From positions 71,267-105,910 of IMG/VR virus record IMGVR_UViG_3300031965_000001: DNA of 34,644 bases; one strand, written 5' to 3'. Shown here one piece after another: positions 17,385 to 26,433 of the stretch. The number at the start of each line of letters is the position of its first letter. The first letter of the stretch is position 1. The stretch comes from a virus. Both the position numbers and the translations under genes were made by a program. Under the pieces are notes generated by a model. The model was given only the letters and a program-made list of their open reading frames with translations, had not been told where the DNA came from and did not search any database.

Positions 17385-17750
17385 CTAGAAAGGCAAATCG
17401 GCTGTATTATACGATTCAATTTTCTTTCCAATTCTTTTCTCAATGAGTTTTTGCAGTATTTCGGAACACTGTTTTACCATAGCAGGAGAAAGTTCTTTGT
17501 ATTCTCCATCCGTAGTCCATGCCATTTTTTGATACACCTCTATCAATTTTTCAAGTTCGTTTTCCTCAAAGTCTTTTGCAGAAACTACTGATACCCTTCT
17601 TACGTTTCCATTCACCGCGTTATCCATAAAGTCCGTAGCTTTTTCAAGCGCATCTTCGGGAGTTATAGATGGAACATTCGCTACAATTCTTTTTATGGTT
17701 CTCGCCTCATCATCCATTGTAATCGCCAGTGTTATAGGATGATTTTTCAT
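17385..17750 (-). CDS. hypothetical protein
   Basis: 121 aa ending in DLPF (SSB-tail-like). Confidence 0.7.
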   Translation of the reverse strand: MKNHPITLAITMDDEARTIKRIVANVPSITPEDALEKATDFMDNAVNGNVRRVSVVSAKDFEENELEKLIEVYQKMAWTTDGEYKELSPAMVKQCSEILQKLIEKRIGKKIESYNTADLPF

Positions 17751-17791
17751 GGTTAATCGTGAGAGAATACGGAAATAAATTTTAGTAAGAA

Positions 17792-18316
17792 TTAGGGGTT
17801 TTGTATATTTATTGTCTTAATTCCTGTTATGGTGTTTGCATCAAAAATTATTTTCTCTCCCCAATCTTTGTATGTCTTCGGTTCTTCCATTCTTTTGTCT
17901 TCCTTGGAATATCGTACAACTGTAATCTGGTATGCCTTTTCTTCGTTAAACCTTTCAAGAAGTTTCTCGTAAAAAATATCTGTATGACCTTTCAACAATC
18001 CCTTTATCCTTACCTCATATACATATTCTAAATCCCCCTGTCCATCGGGTTCCCAATCTGCATTCTCATAGTGTCTAGGAATATATTGTTTTTCTAAGTC
18101 TGCAATCCCCATTGTGCTAAAATAGTTAAAAGCATCCTCGTCAACCGCCTTCCTCAGAATATCAACCAACTCTAATCCAACACCTGTTTCATATCCGTCA
18201 TGGTGATGGTAATAATTTTTCTTTTCTTCCCGTTCCTTTACTTCGGGATTGTCCGTTGCGCTTCCAAAAATATATTTATCTTCTGCTGATACGATAACCA
18301 TTGATCTTGTACTCAT
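17792..18316 (-). CDS. conserved phage hypothetical protein (MSTRS...Y.H.DGY..GVG family)
   Basis: motif recognition; promoter TTGACT-N17-TACACT at 18368-18340. Confidence 0.78.
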   Translation of the reverse strand: MSTRSMVIVSAEDKYIFGSATDNPEVKEREEKKNYYHHHDGYETGVGLELVDILRKAVDEDAFNYFSTMGIADLEKQYIPRHYENADWEPDGQGDLEYVYEVRIKGLLKGHTDIFYEKLLERFNEEKAYQITVVRYSKEDKRMEEPKTYKDWGEKIIFDANTITGIKTINIQNP

Positions 18317-18388
18317 AGTGAAGTAAGGAAAGTATCTAAAGTGTAGCGGAAGTTCATATAAAAGTCAATGAGTAAGGCTTTACTTTTC

Positions 18389-18781
18389 TTAACTTTTCCA
18401 GTATTCCCATTCTTTGTCTTTACCTTCGGATTTGTCTATTGCACCGCTAACTATTTGCCTAAGAGTCTTACCACTTTTTAGTTCTCTATCGGCGTTGTGC
18501 AAATACATCGCAGCTAGTTTCAACACTTCCAGTAACTCACCCGAACACAATGCTGCATTAACATTTATGTATCCGCTTGAAACACGGCGACACAATGCGC
18601 TGGCTCTGTGATCATTCCATTCCTCAAGTGCCTCAGCGCAAGCATCCAAGAAAAACATGGAGCTATCAGAATACTGGCTCATCATTCTCCCAAACCTAGT
18701 AGCGTTGTCTACTTCTACGTTATACGACTTTTGCATATCGTACACGATAGCGGCTATTTGTTCTCTCTGCTCTTTGTTCAT
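18389..18781 (-). CDS. hypothetical protein
   Basis: 130-aa ORF in the leftward run. Confidence 0.7.
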   Translation of the reverse strand: MNKEQREQIAAIVYDMQKSYNVEVDNATRFGRMMSQYSDSSMFFLDACAEALEEWNDHRASALCRRVSSGYINVNAALCSGELLEVLKLAAMYLHNADRELKSGKTLRQIVSGAIDKSEGKDKEWEYWKS

Positions 18782-18828
18782 AGTTCGGGAGTGTAAAAAG
18801 TAATAAATTGTTTGTTTTTGTTTCTTCT

Positions 18829-19167
18829 CTACTTGGAAATGACTTGAACAATAAAGGACTCAGAAACGGGAGACTTGAATTGGTTAGCGTCAATCTTCTT
18901 AGAGGCGAAATAGTTATTCAGCTTTTCGGAGTCAAATCTTAAACTTCCAGCCCTGTAGGAAGCTGTTATCATTACATTGTCACCATCAGCACTTGTGATC
19001 TTCCTATCTTTAATGAACTCTTTGACACGGCTCCATAATTTCCCCGCCCTATCGCTTGCGAGTTTTGCGGCAGCGGCGAGTTCAGCCAGTTTTGCCATGT
19101 CTGGCTTCTTCGACGCTTCCAGTTCATCCATGACCTGTTCATGCTTACTGAATAGAATGTTCTCCAT
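18829..19167 (-). CDS. hypothetical protein
   Basis: 112 aa; promoter TTGACT-N17-TAGACT at 19228-19200. Confidence 0.75.
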   Translation of the reverse strand: MENILFSKHEQVMDELEASKKPDMAKLAELAAAAKLASDRAGKLWSRVKEFIKDRKITSADGDNVMITASYRAGSLRFDSEKLNNYFASKKIDANQFKSPVSESFIVQVISK

Positions 19168-19255
19168 GTGAATAGTTGGTAAGGAATAAGACTGAACTCA
19201 GTCTAGCAGATCATCATAGAAAAGTCAATCATTTTATGATTGTAAATAAAGGCTT

Positions 19256-19498
19256 TTATGGGAAAAACCATATCATCAATCCCCAAAAAATTATATTCCC
19301 TACCACTTGAAACCATATTTCCCAAGGTTCGTATTTTTTGAATGGGTAAAAATCCAACGGCTCTGGCTCATAGGGTTGTTGCTCCAACCATTTTTGATAT
19401 TCTTCGATGGACATTCCCTCTTCTTTTAATTCTTCCCTCTGTTTTTTCAAACTCTTTTTTGGGATTATGCCTAGAGGGGAAACAATTTTTTCCATCAA
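19256..19498 (-). CDS. hypothetical protein with C-terminal TM
   Basis: hydrophobic C-terminus; overlaps the upstream stop. Confidence 0.65.
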   Translation of the reverse strand: MMEKIVSPLGIIPKKSLKKQREELKEEGMSIEEYQKWLEQQPYEPEPLDFYPFKKYEPWEIWFQVVGNIIFWGLMIWFFP

Positions 19499-19818
19499 TT
19501 AAAATATCCGTCAAGGGATAACTTGTCTTCTTCCAAAATTTTCGTTACCTTTTCAATTTTTCTTATTTTCTGTAAAACCAATAAATGATTGTTCCCGTAA
19601 TCGTCTGAAAATTCACTGTATCCGTTCCTCCTGTTCCATCTGTCTGTTTTATCATAGGCGTTTCTTATGTGTTCTCTCATTTCTTCGTAAGAAGAAAATT
19701 CTAATTGTAGATTTCCCGTTAGCTCATCATTTTTGTATAAAAGAATCGTGAGCATATATGCCGTTTTTTCCTCTTCGAGCACGTTGCTAGGCTTCTTCGG
19801 TTTTTGAGTGGCGTACAT
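19495..19818 (-). CDS. hypothetical protein
   Basis: 107-aa ORF. Confidence 0.7.
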   Translation of the reverse strand: MYATQKPKKPSNVLEEEKTAYMLTILLYKNDELTGNLQLEFSSYEEMREHIRNAYDKTDRWNRRNGYSEFSDDYGNNHLLVLQKIRKIEKVTKILEEDKLSLDGYFN

Positions 19819-19836
19819 AAATATGAATGAATGGAA

Positions 19837-19995
19837 TTAAAAAGGTAAATCAGGAAGGGAAATTTCATATATCGCACAATTCTCTTTTTTACAGTATGTG
19901 CAATTTATCGCGATAACGTGTAGTTTTTCGAGAACAACGGTTCCTTTTTCTTTGTCGCCTTTGTAACAATCTTCGCATATTTGAGCGGTGTACAT
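19837..19995 (-). CDS. small zinc-finger protein (52 aa, below the ORF-track cutoff)
   Basis: MYTAQICEDC...CTYCKKENC...DLPF; CU-rich leader. Confidence 0.6.
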   Translation of the reverse strand: MYTAQICEDCYKGDKEKGTVVLEKLHVIAINCTYCKKENCAIYEISLPDLPF

Positions 19996-20034
19996 GAGTG
20001 GCTAGGGAGGATGAATAAAATATTTGCCTTTGGA

Positions 20035-20499
20035 TTAGGAAGAGATGGCGAGGGAAAATTCCTCACTTCTTGAATTTAATACAGCGACACCGGACGCGCG
20101 GAGACCGTCTATTGTCCCCTCTTCTTTGTCGTTTCTCTCCATTTTGTAGTTTTCTCTACCGACAATCCTGTAATAAAGTCCTAGCGTTGTTTTTACTACA
20201 ACCGTATCATTGTGTAAATCAGCGATAGCAGAACAAATTACTCCTTTTTGCTTCAATTCTTCGCGCCTGTCTTCTGTTTTCTTGTATTCAGCGGAAGCGG
20301 TCCTACATGACTCGTGATTCTTTTTGCTTTTGTATTCCTTCACCTTATCCGTTCCTCTGCAATTAGGACAAACGGCGATAGGCCCGCAGTATCCGTAGGG
20401 ACAGCCCTGTTGTTTTCGCGCGTGGCAGCCGTCGCAGAAATTGCAGCACATTGATTCATATCCGCTAGGGAGAATTCTGAAAAGATTGCAATTACCCAT
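20035..20499 (-). CDS. Cys-rich hypothetical protein
   Basis: CCNFC...CPYGYC....CPNC; promoter TTTACT-N17-TAGTAT at 20555-20527. Confidence 0.75.
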   Translation of the reverse strand: MGNCNLFRILPSGYESMCCNFCDGCHARKQQGCPYGYCGPIAVCPNCRGTDKVKEYKSKKNHESCRTASAEYKKTEDRREELKQKGVICSAIADLHNDTVVVKTTLGLYYRIVGRENYKMERNDKEEGTIDGLRASGVAVLNSRSEEFSLAISS

Positions 20500-20577
20500 G
20501 AGAGTGAGGGGAAGGAAAGTGATCCTATACTAGCAGAAGTAAATGGAAAAGTAAAGACAAAACACTTGTTATTTACA

Positions 20578-21069
20578 CTATTTCCTGTTCCAAATAAATT
20601 TGTATTCTTCATCGTATTTTCCATTACAACAGCTACCACAAGCCAATGTTTTCCTAATTCTGTACCTTTCTATTTTTCTATCGCATGAAGGGCAAGTCCC
20701 TATCCATATTTTTTCGGGTGCCACTATCTCGCTACCATAACATCGAAGTCCATTACATCCTATACTCACCGCTATTTTTTGCCATTTTCTGTTATGCGAA
20801 AATTCCCTTGTTTCTTCCCAATGTAAAGCGTGTGCTATTTCATGTAGGATAGTATCGCGCACATCGTCCTCACTATTTAATTCTGTTAGGTGACGGGAAA
20901 GCGTAATTTTTCTTCCGTGTTTTCCTGTAGGATTTTTGCAGCTTCCAAATCTCCTTTTTGCGTTATCAAATTCAAAAATCCATCCGTGACCTTCCATATT
21001 ACTCCCATCTGATAGCCCGTGCTCTTTTATTAGGCTGATAGCCATTGATTGTGCATCGTTTAGATTCAT
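20578..21069 (-). CDS. SprT-like zinc metalloprotease with C-terminal zinc ribbon
   Basis: RRFGSC...ITLS...DTILHEIAHAL....H...WQ..A..IG; CPSC...CGSC; promoter at 21120-21092. Confidence 0.9.
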   Translation of the reverse strand: MNLNDAQSMAISLIKEHGLSDGSNMEGHGWIFEFDNAKRRFGSCKNPTGKHGRKITLSRHLTELNSEDDVRDTILHEIAHALHWEETREFSHNRKWQKIAVSIGCNGLRCYGSEIVAPEKIWIGTCPSCDRKIERYRIRKTLACGSCCNGKYDEEYKFIWNRK

Positions 21070-21207
21070 GGTGAAGGAAGAAAGTTACTAAATACTAGCA
21101 GAAAAACATATAAAAGTAAATAGCTTTTCATTGATTTTACACATAGTTATTTTTTAATATGTTATGAATTTCAGATTCTCGCATATATAAGGATATAAAA
21201 ATATCAA

Positions 21208-21300
21208 AACTCGCTCTATAAGAGGCGTTAAAAAATCAGAATAGGATTTTACCTAAACGATATTCAAACAGCTCCTACCCCTATAGGAATGGCGAGATTT
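21208..21300 (+). repeat. ~93-bp dispersed intergenic repeat, copy 2
   Basis: colinear with 7981-8074; identical 21-mer at 21249-21269. Confidence 0.85.
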
Positions 21301-21509
21301 AGACGGGGAAATTTAGGATGTAATGGCATTTGAAGAATCCGAAAAGCGTGGAAAATAGGTCTGGTAAAGCGTGGACCAAGCGTGTGGCAAAAATTTGGCT
21401 CAAAATCTGGGGAATTTCTAGAAAAATCTGGAGAATTCTGTTGACATTTTTTGGTGTAAATAGTAGAATGAATTTGAAATTTTATTTTATATTAATAACT
21501 ATTAATTTT

Positions 21510-21944
21510 ATGTCATCAATCTTATTTCTGATGGGAGTTTCAATTCTTTCTGTAGTTCTGTGGATTCAGTTGTCGAAAATCGTGGAGAAACTAGGAATAT
21601 TAGTTACATTTTTTGAAACTGATGAAGGAAATACTGATGACACGGGCATGGAAATTACATACAATGTTATCAACGACGGATGGAAAGATGAAAACACGGC
21701 AACACAAGGAACATATTATCTTGAAAATAAATCCCTACCAGAGTGTTTCAAATATCCTATAGCTACAAAAACAGATATTGAGAATGGAACCATAGAATTA
21801 TTGACAAAAGATAAAAACTCCTATTGCACGATGAGTATTGAAGATTTTGTGGGATCTTTCAGGCATCTACCGACAGAAATTAAAAATAGGCTGGTGGAGG
21901 AGGAAGAGAGTGAAGATATTTGCCCCGACTGTGAAAAATCTTGA
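21510..21944 (+). CDS. membrane-anchored hypothetical protein
   Basis: N-terminal TM from MSSILF; promoter TTGACA-N17-TAGAAT at 21441-21469; C-terminal CPDC. Confidence 0.7.
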   Translation: MSSILFLMGVSILSVVLWIQLSKIVEKLGILVTFFETDEGNTDDTGMEITYNVINDGWKDENTATQGTYYLENKSLPECFKYPIATKTDIENGTIELLTKDKNSYCTMSIEDFVGSFRHLPTEIKNRLVEEEESEDICPDCEKS

Positions 21945-21970
21945 CGGCGACAGTGTGTTTTTTCTATAAT
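21941..21970 (+). promoter_or_regulatory. tRNA promoter
   Basis: TTGACG-N18-TATAAT ending 6 nt before the tRNA 5' end. Confidence 0.85.
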
Positions 21971-21976
21971 GAAGAT

Positions 21977-22055
21977 CGCGGGGTAGAGAAGTCAGGTCCA
22001 TCTCGCTAGCTTCATACGCTGGAGATCGCGGGTTCAAATCCCGCCCCCGCTACCA
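21977..22055 (+). tRNA. tRNA-Met(CAT), initiator-like, with encoded CCA
   Basis: cloverleaf: acceptor CGCGGGG/CCCCGCT (C1xU72), D stem GAGA/TCTC, anticodon arm CTAGC-TTCATAC-GCTGG, T arm GCGGG-TTCAAAT-CCCGC, ACCA end. Confidence 0.95.
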
Positions 22056-22188
22056 CATAAAATCTGTACTAAATATTCTACATTATTGTGTGCATCCTGC
22101 GATTTTCGTTTTTAATTCAATTTTGTTTTTATCTTGTGACGATGGAATAAAAATGGAGATGGAGGAGGGGGGTACTCTATAGCGTCCA

Positions 22189-25128
22189 TTAGGATATTTG
22201 CCCGTTCCCCTCAAACTGCCCAATTATTTCAGCGTCCTTTTCTCTAAATGGCACTCCCACATGTTTGGTTCCGTAGAATTTGGAGCAATTATACAAAGAG
22301 GCGGCTACTGCATCAGCAACGTCCGATGTTCCATAGCGCGGGTGATCAATTTTATCAGTAGTTGCATGCCTCTCAAGTTGTTTAAGCTCCTCCAATAAAA
22401 TCTGGTGTTCGGGCAAAAACACCCTTTTTTCATAAATAGCGGCCTTTAGTGTTTCATACGCAGTAGGAGTGCGGACTGTGCTAATAATATCTGAGACTAT
22501 CCCATTTTTTTGTAAGGTCTGGATACTTGAAACAGAATTATGAACAAAAACACCTGCTTTCAGTGCAAAATTGTGAATCCCTTCCACTTCTATATCCCAA
22601 ACCTCATCCTCTATTCCTAAACATTCGACCTTCACGACTTTATGATTTTTAGGAGATTCCTGAAAATCCTTCCACCCTTTATACCCCTTGGCCCTAACTC
22701 TTTTAGAAATTGTTGCGTGATGAACACCCAATATTTTAGCTACCTTTGCACACTTTAAGTGAGATAGCCCAACAATCATTTCCCATGTTACAGAACTATT
22801 AAAATTACCAGCATCTTCCCCCCGATAAACGGGTCTCTTAGACATTTTTTCTCTATATTTCGGATCTGCCCACCTTTTTTTTTGTGATACGCCAACTTTT
22901 TTTCTAGTTTCCTCATTTTTCATGGGATGATTTTTTTTCATCCTTTCTGAAATAATTGAAGAATTTTTTATGTTTGCCTCTGTCATTCTTTTTGAGGCTT
23001 CCTTCCTTCTTTTTTCAGTCCAATTTTTCGTGTTTGCCTCTGCCGTTCTTTTTGAAGTTTCCTCTCTTCTTTCAGCGGTCCAATGTAACTTGGAGTGAGA
23101 ACCGTGGCCCATTATTTCTAGGTTACTTGGATCGTTGTTCATTTTATCTTCATCTATATGGTGAACAGCCATACCCTTGGGGCATCCTTTTACAAGCCTA
23201 TGCTCAAGTTTATTTTTACCAGATTTCATGTCTCTCACTCGTAAATAACCATCAGGCGTTACGCACCTATAAAACGGCATCAGACTATCTCTGGGTTTCA
23301 ATAATTTTGCCTCTACATAAGTTCCATCTCTCATCATAAATGGATGATTATCCGAACAATCTATAAATTCACCATTATCTAAAGTAATTCTCCATATTAC
23401 CTTTTTCCCAGAGCACCAAGCAGCCTTTACCCTTCTGCAACAAATTTCTCCATCTTCTTTTGAAGAATAGACATAATCCCCTTCTTTGACTTCACATATC
23501 CTCTTGTTTTTCAGAGAAAGACCAGTTATAATTTGGCCGGATTTCAATGGCATGTTGGGATTATATTCACCTTTGATACCACTAGCAATAGGTATTAGGG
23601 TACTCTTTTCGAGACATTGATAGCTGTCGAAGGTGGTCTTATATATATTCCAACCCCTCCTCTTCATTTCAAGAATTAGCTCAACAATGGAGCTGAACTC
23701 AACCTCTCTATCACTACCCGCGCCAATTCTTGCTACAGCGTCAAAGATAATAATAGGGCGACCCCCGTGTTCATTATCAAAACCCCCGAAATGACACACT
23801 GCGAACCCCGCAAAATCACCCCTTGACCCGTCTGCCCTGATTTTATTAAGTCCCAAGTCTACATGAATAAATGTAAGATCCTCTGTGGGATTATCGAAAT
23901 CAAATTCTGACAAACTCGATTTGGGTGTGAATCTGTTTTGAATTTCAACATACATGCACTTTTCTATTTCCTGCGGTCTCCTGAAGAATCGTTCTAGGCT
24001 GTTGCTGGGAATCGCACCATAGTCTCTCGCACTCAATTCGGGGGATTTTTCAAAGTCCTCCTGAAGATCGACTGGGATAATCCACACCCTTTCATCCAAT
24101 TTATTTCCATACAGTAACTTTTCTTTGTTTCTCTTCGTGGGAGAAATGTCATAGACCTTACCATCCATGACAAAATTCTGTATTTCTCGGTCATTCATTA
24201 TTCTGTAATTCTCACGATCAAAAAGAAAAACATCATCACTCATTCGATCCCTATCCTTTGCTAACCATGTTGGAAGATTAATAACATATGTGTTTTTTAG
24301 CCCAAGATGCTTGACTTCTTTAATTTTTTTATTCATAAAATCTTCTTCGTGTTTAGGACTGGATATTAGGCATATAAGCGGTTTTACCAAAGAATTTTTA
24401 TCTTTTTTGAAGCGAGAATTTATGCGGCGCTTAATTTGAGAATAGAGCATCTCTGCATGGTCCTGCCCCTCCCCCGCGCCACCAGTTTTTGACCGTAATT
24501 GCTCAACATAAAATGCCGCTTCGTCGAGAATCGCGCAGAACACATTCAACCCAAGCGCAACAGTTTTTGACGAACTTCCACAGATCATCGCAATTTTATC
24601 TTTTTTGAACCGTATCCTGTCCGACAAAATCTCCATTCCAAACTGTTTGAAGAACGGTGACTCTGAAACCATTGATGAAATCCCCTGAAAAACAACGTCC
24701 CTTGCCTGATTTAATGACAACCCCATATTCAAAAGAACAATGTTTTTATCCTGAGAGAGACCAAGATACCCGTGGGGGTACTTTAGGCAGAGGAGCTGAT
24801 GTGCCTTATACAGTAGCAAAATGCTACTTTTGAAAGATTTTCCCGAGCTGTAGCCCTCGTAATCAATCACCTCCGTATAACCACCATCCAGTATCTTCTC
24901 GCACTCAATCATGACTCTCTTAAAAACCTCTCCTTCAAGACCAAGATAATATGGGTCTAATATAAATTCAAGAACGCTAGCTGGGCGGAATCGAAATTCT
25001 GGATTATCCTGCAACCACATTTCATCCACCATTTTTTTCAGAGAGCGTGAATCCGAATTCATCACCATCTGTTCAAGATAGTCTATTTCTTTTTCGCCTA
25101 AAATTAATGTTTCACTCGTCTTCATCAA
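22189..25128 (-). CDS. terL: terminase large subunit containing an intein
   Basis: Walker A-like GYSSGKS, Walker B AILDE, coupling motif ISSP, nuclease motifs HVDLG and KIDHP..GTSDVADAVA; 619 aa after splicing. Confidence 0.9.
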   Translation of the reverse strand: MMKTSETLILGEKEIDYLEQMVMNSDSRSLKKMVDEMWLQDNPEFRFRPASVLEFILDPYYLGLEGEVFKRVMIECEKILDGGYTEVIDYEGYSSGKSFKSSILLLYKAHQLLCLKYPHGYLGLSQDKNIVLLNMGLSLNQARDVVFQGISSMVSESPFFKQFGMEILSDRIRFKKDKIAMICGSSSKTVALGLNVFCAILDEAAFYVEQLRSKTGGAGEGQDHAEMLYSQIKRRINSRFKKDKNSLVKPLICLISSPKHEEDFMNKKIKEVKHLGLKNTYVINLPTWLAKDRDRMSDDVFLFDRENYRIMNDREIQNFVMDGKVYDISPTKRNKEKLLYGNKLDERVWIIPVDLQEDFEKSPELSARDYGAIPSNSLERFFRRPQEIEKCMYVEIQNRFTPKSSLSEFDFDNPTEDLTFIHVDLGLNKIRADGSRGDFAGFAVCHFGGFDNEHGGRPIIIFDAVARIGAGSDREVEFSSIVELILEMKRRGWNIYKTTFDSYQCLEKSTLIPIASGIKGEYNPNMPLKSGQIITGLSLKNKRICEVKEGDYVYSSKEDGEICCRRVKAAWCSGKKVIWRITLDNGEFIDCSDNHPFMMRDGTYVEAKLLKPRDSLMPFYRCVTPDGYLRVRDMKSGKNKLEHRLVKGCPKGMAVHHIDEDKMNNDPSNLEIMGHGSHSKLHWTAERREETSKRTAEANTKNWTEKRRKEASKRMTEANIKNSSIISERMKKNHPMKNEETRKKVGVSQKKRWADPKYREKMSKRPVYRGEDAGNFNSSVTWEMIVGLSHLKCAKVAKILGVHHATISKRVRAKGYKGWKDFQESPKNHKVVKVECLGIEDEVWDIEVEGIHNFALKAGVFVHNSVSSIQTLQKNGIVSDIISTVRTPTAYETLKAAIYEKRVFLPEHQILLEELKQLERHATTDKIDHPRYGTSDVADAVAASLYNCSKFYGTKHVGVPFREKDAEIIGQFEGNGQIS
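22537..23616 (-). mobile_element. intein (360 aa) with HNH homing endonuclease
   Basis: FDSYQ|CL start; block B CSDNHPF; block F VWDIEVEGIHNF; block G VFVHN|S; HNH core HRLV...VHHIDEDKMNNDPSNL; NUMOD3-like repeats and an HTH. Confidence 0.93.
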
Positions 25129-25963
25129 TTTCTTGCTTGGATTCGATAAATGCGACCTCTTCTGGGGTCAGTTCTCTCCCCAACTTCTCTTCTACGGTCT
25201 CTGTCGGGATTTCTGGGGGTTTGTTATGCTGTTCGATCATCGCCTTGTTACGCGCCAATTTTTCCAGATGTTCTCTGAATTTAACTCTATCTGTGGGTGC
25301 CATCAATTCATATACCTTACCCATTTGCGTAAAATTATGTGTAAATTCTTGCAGTGCGGATTCATTATCCTCCATCCCTATCGTTTTCTTATATGTCCCA
25401 AGTTTATCAAGATAACGGGCATATCTGTCCATTTCTACCTGAACAATCTCTGATGTCACCCTTTCCCCCGACTTCTGAGACATTTTATCTTCTTCCGAAA
25501 GAGCACGAACAACCCTAGATTCCTGCAAATGAATCAATCTCTCCCACATGGCAGAAACGATGAGTGGCTTATGTCTCATATTCATTACCTCATAATCAAT
25601 TCTGTTCACTGGTAGCGTCGCCACCTTTTCATTTTCTCCCAATCTATAGACCTCTTTGTATAGTTCTGTTTTGAATCTCTCTAGTGTTTCTGCGAGCCAA
25701 CTTGCAGTTTTACCTGCGAATTCGTGTTCTGCTACAGACATGAGATACATCGCTAGGTCTTTTATGTCTTGCCCCGCCATAATCCTCCTACAAATTTCTC
25801 CCATATAGGAAGATTGCTGGATCAAAAGGAACTTATCCTTTGCCATTTTTCTTGCTAGCTCCTCCAATTCTAATTGTTCCCATTCCATTTCTTTTACGAG
25901 GTCTTTCTCTATCGAGTCTTTCGTTGGTTTTTTATCCTCGTCTTTCTTATTTTTTTTAGACAT
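25112..25963 (-). CDS. putative terminase small subunit
   Basis: helical charged 283-aa ORF overlapping the terL start; positional inference only. Confidence 0.5.
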   Translation of the reverse strand: MSKKNKKDEDKKPTKDSIEKDLVKEMEWEQLELEELARKMAKDKFLLIQQSSYMGEICRRIMAGQDIKDLAMYLMSVAEHEFAGKTASWLAETLERFKTELYKEVYRLGENEKVATLPVNRIDYEVMNMRHKPLIVSAMWERLIHLQESRVVRALSEEDKMSQKSGERVTSEIVQVEMDRYARYLDKLGTYKKTIGMEDNESALQEFTHNFTQMGKVYELMAPTDRVKFREHLEKLARNKAMIEQHNKPPEIPTETVEEKLGRELTPEEVAFIESKQEIDEDE

Positions 25964-26062
25964 AGTAAAATTGTTAATCGAGTATATACAAATATTAACA
26001 TATATTTTTCTGTTTGCAATATAAATAGAATATTAAACTATCATCTGCTAGAATTCTCCCAT

Positions 26063-26413
26063 ATGGAATGGACGACATTCGACATGAAGGCAATGGTGCA
26101 CTCAGAGCCATCCTGCGAAGATGAAATGGAAGCATTGTCTCAGGAGATACGGGACATCTGCGAGAATGAGAGATCAAGACTGCAAAAGGATTTCTATGAT
26201 TTTCGCGCTGACCTACAAGAAGAACTGAATCAACATCTGACCATCCTAAAATCGACGAACCCAAGAGACAAGGGTGCGCGTGAGAGAAAGATGGGACACT
26301 TTCAGTGTGTTCTTGCGCAAGAGTCTGGAAAATATGAGTTGCTTCTTATCGAAATTCAGAAGAAGGAACATGGACTTTTAGAGGCTGCGAGAGACTACTG
26401 TTTGTTTTCGTAG
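26063..26413 (+). CDS. hypothetical helical protein
   Basis: ATG 26063 follows tgcTAGAAT (26049-26054). Confidence 0.65.
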   Translation: MEWTTFDMKAMVHSEPSCEDEMEALSQEIRDICENERSRLQKDFYDFRADLQEELNQHLTILKSTNPRDKGARERKMGHFQCVLAQESGKYELLLIEIQKKEHGLLEAARDYCLFS

Positions 26414-26433
26414 TTCAGGAGTATCATACGTCT

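Noticed and set aside
21330-21509. N-terminal extension of ORF 21330..21944
   Set aside because: Runs through the A-tract repeats and the gene's own promoter; ATG 21510 is the better start
21977-22055. tRNA as a prophage attachment site
   Set aside because: Phage-type genes lie on both sides, with no duplicated tRNA 3' end and no integrase in the window
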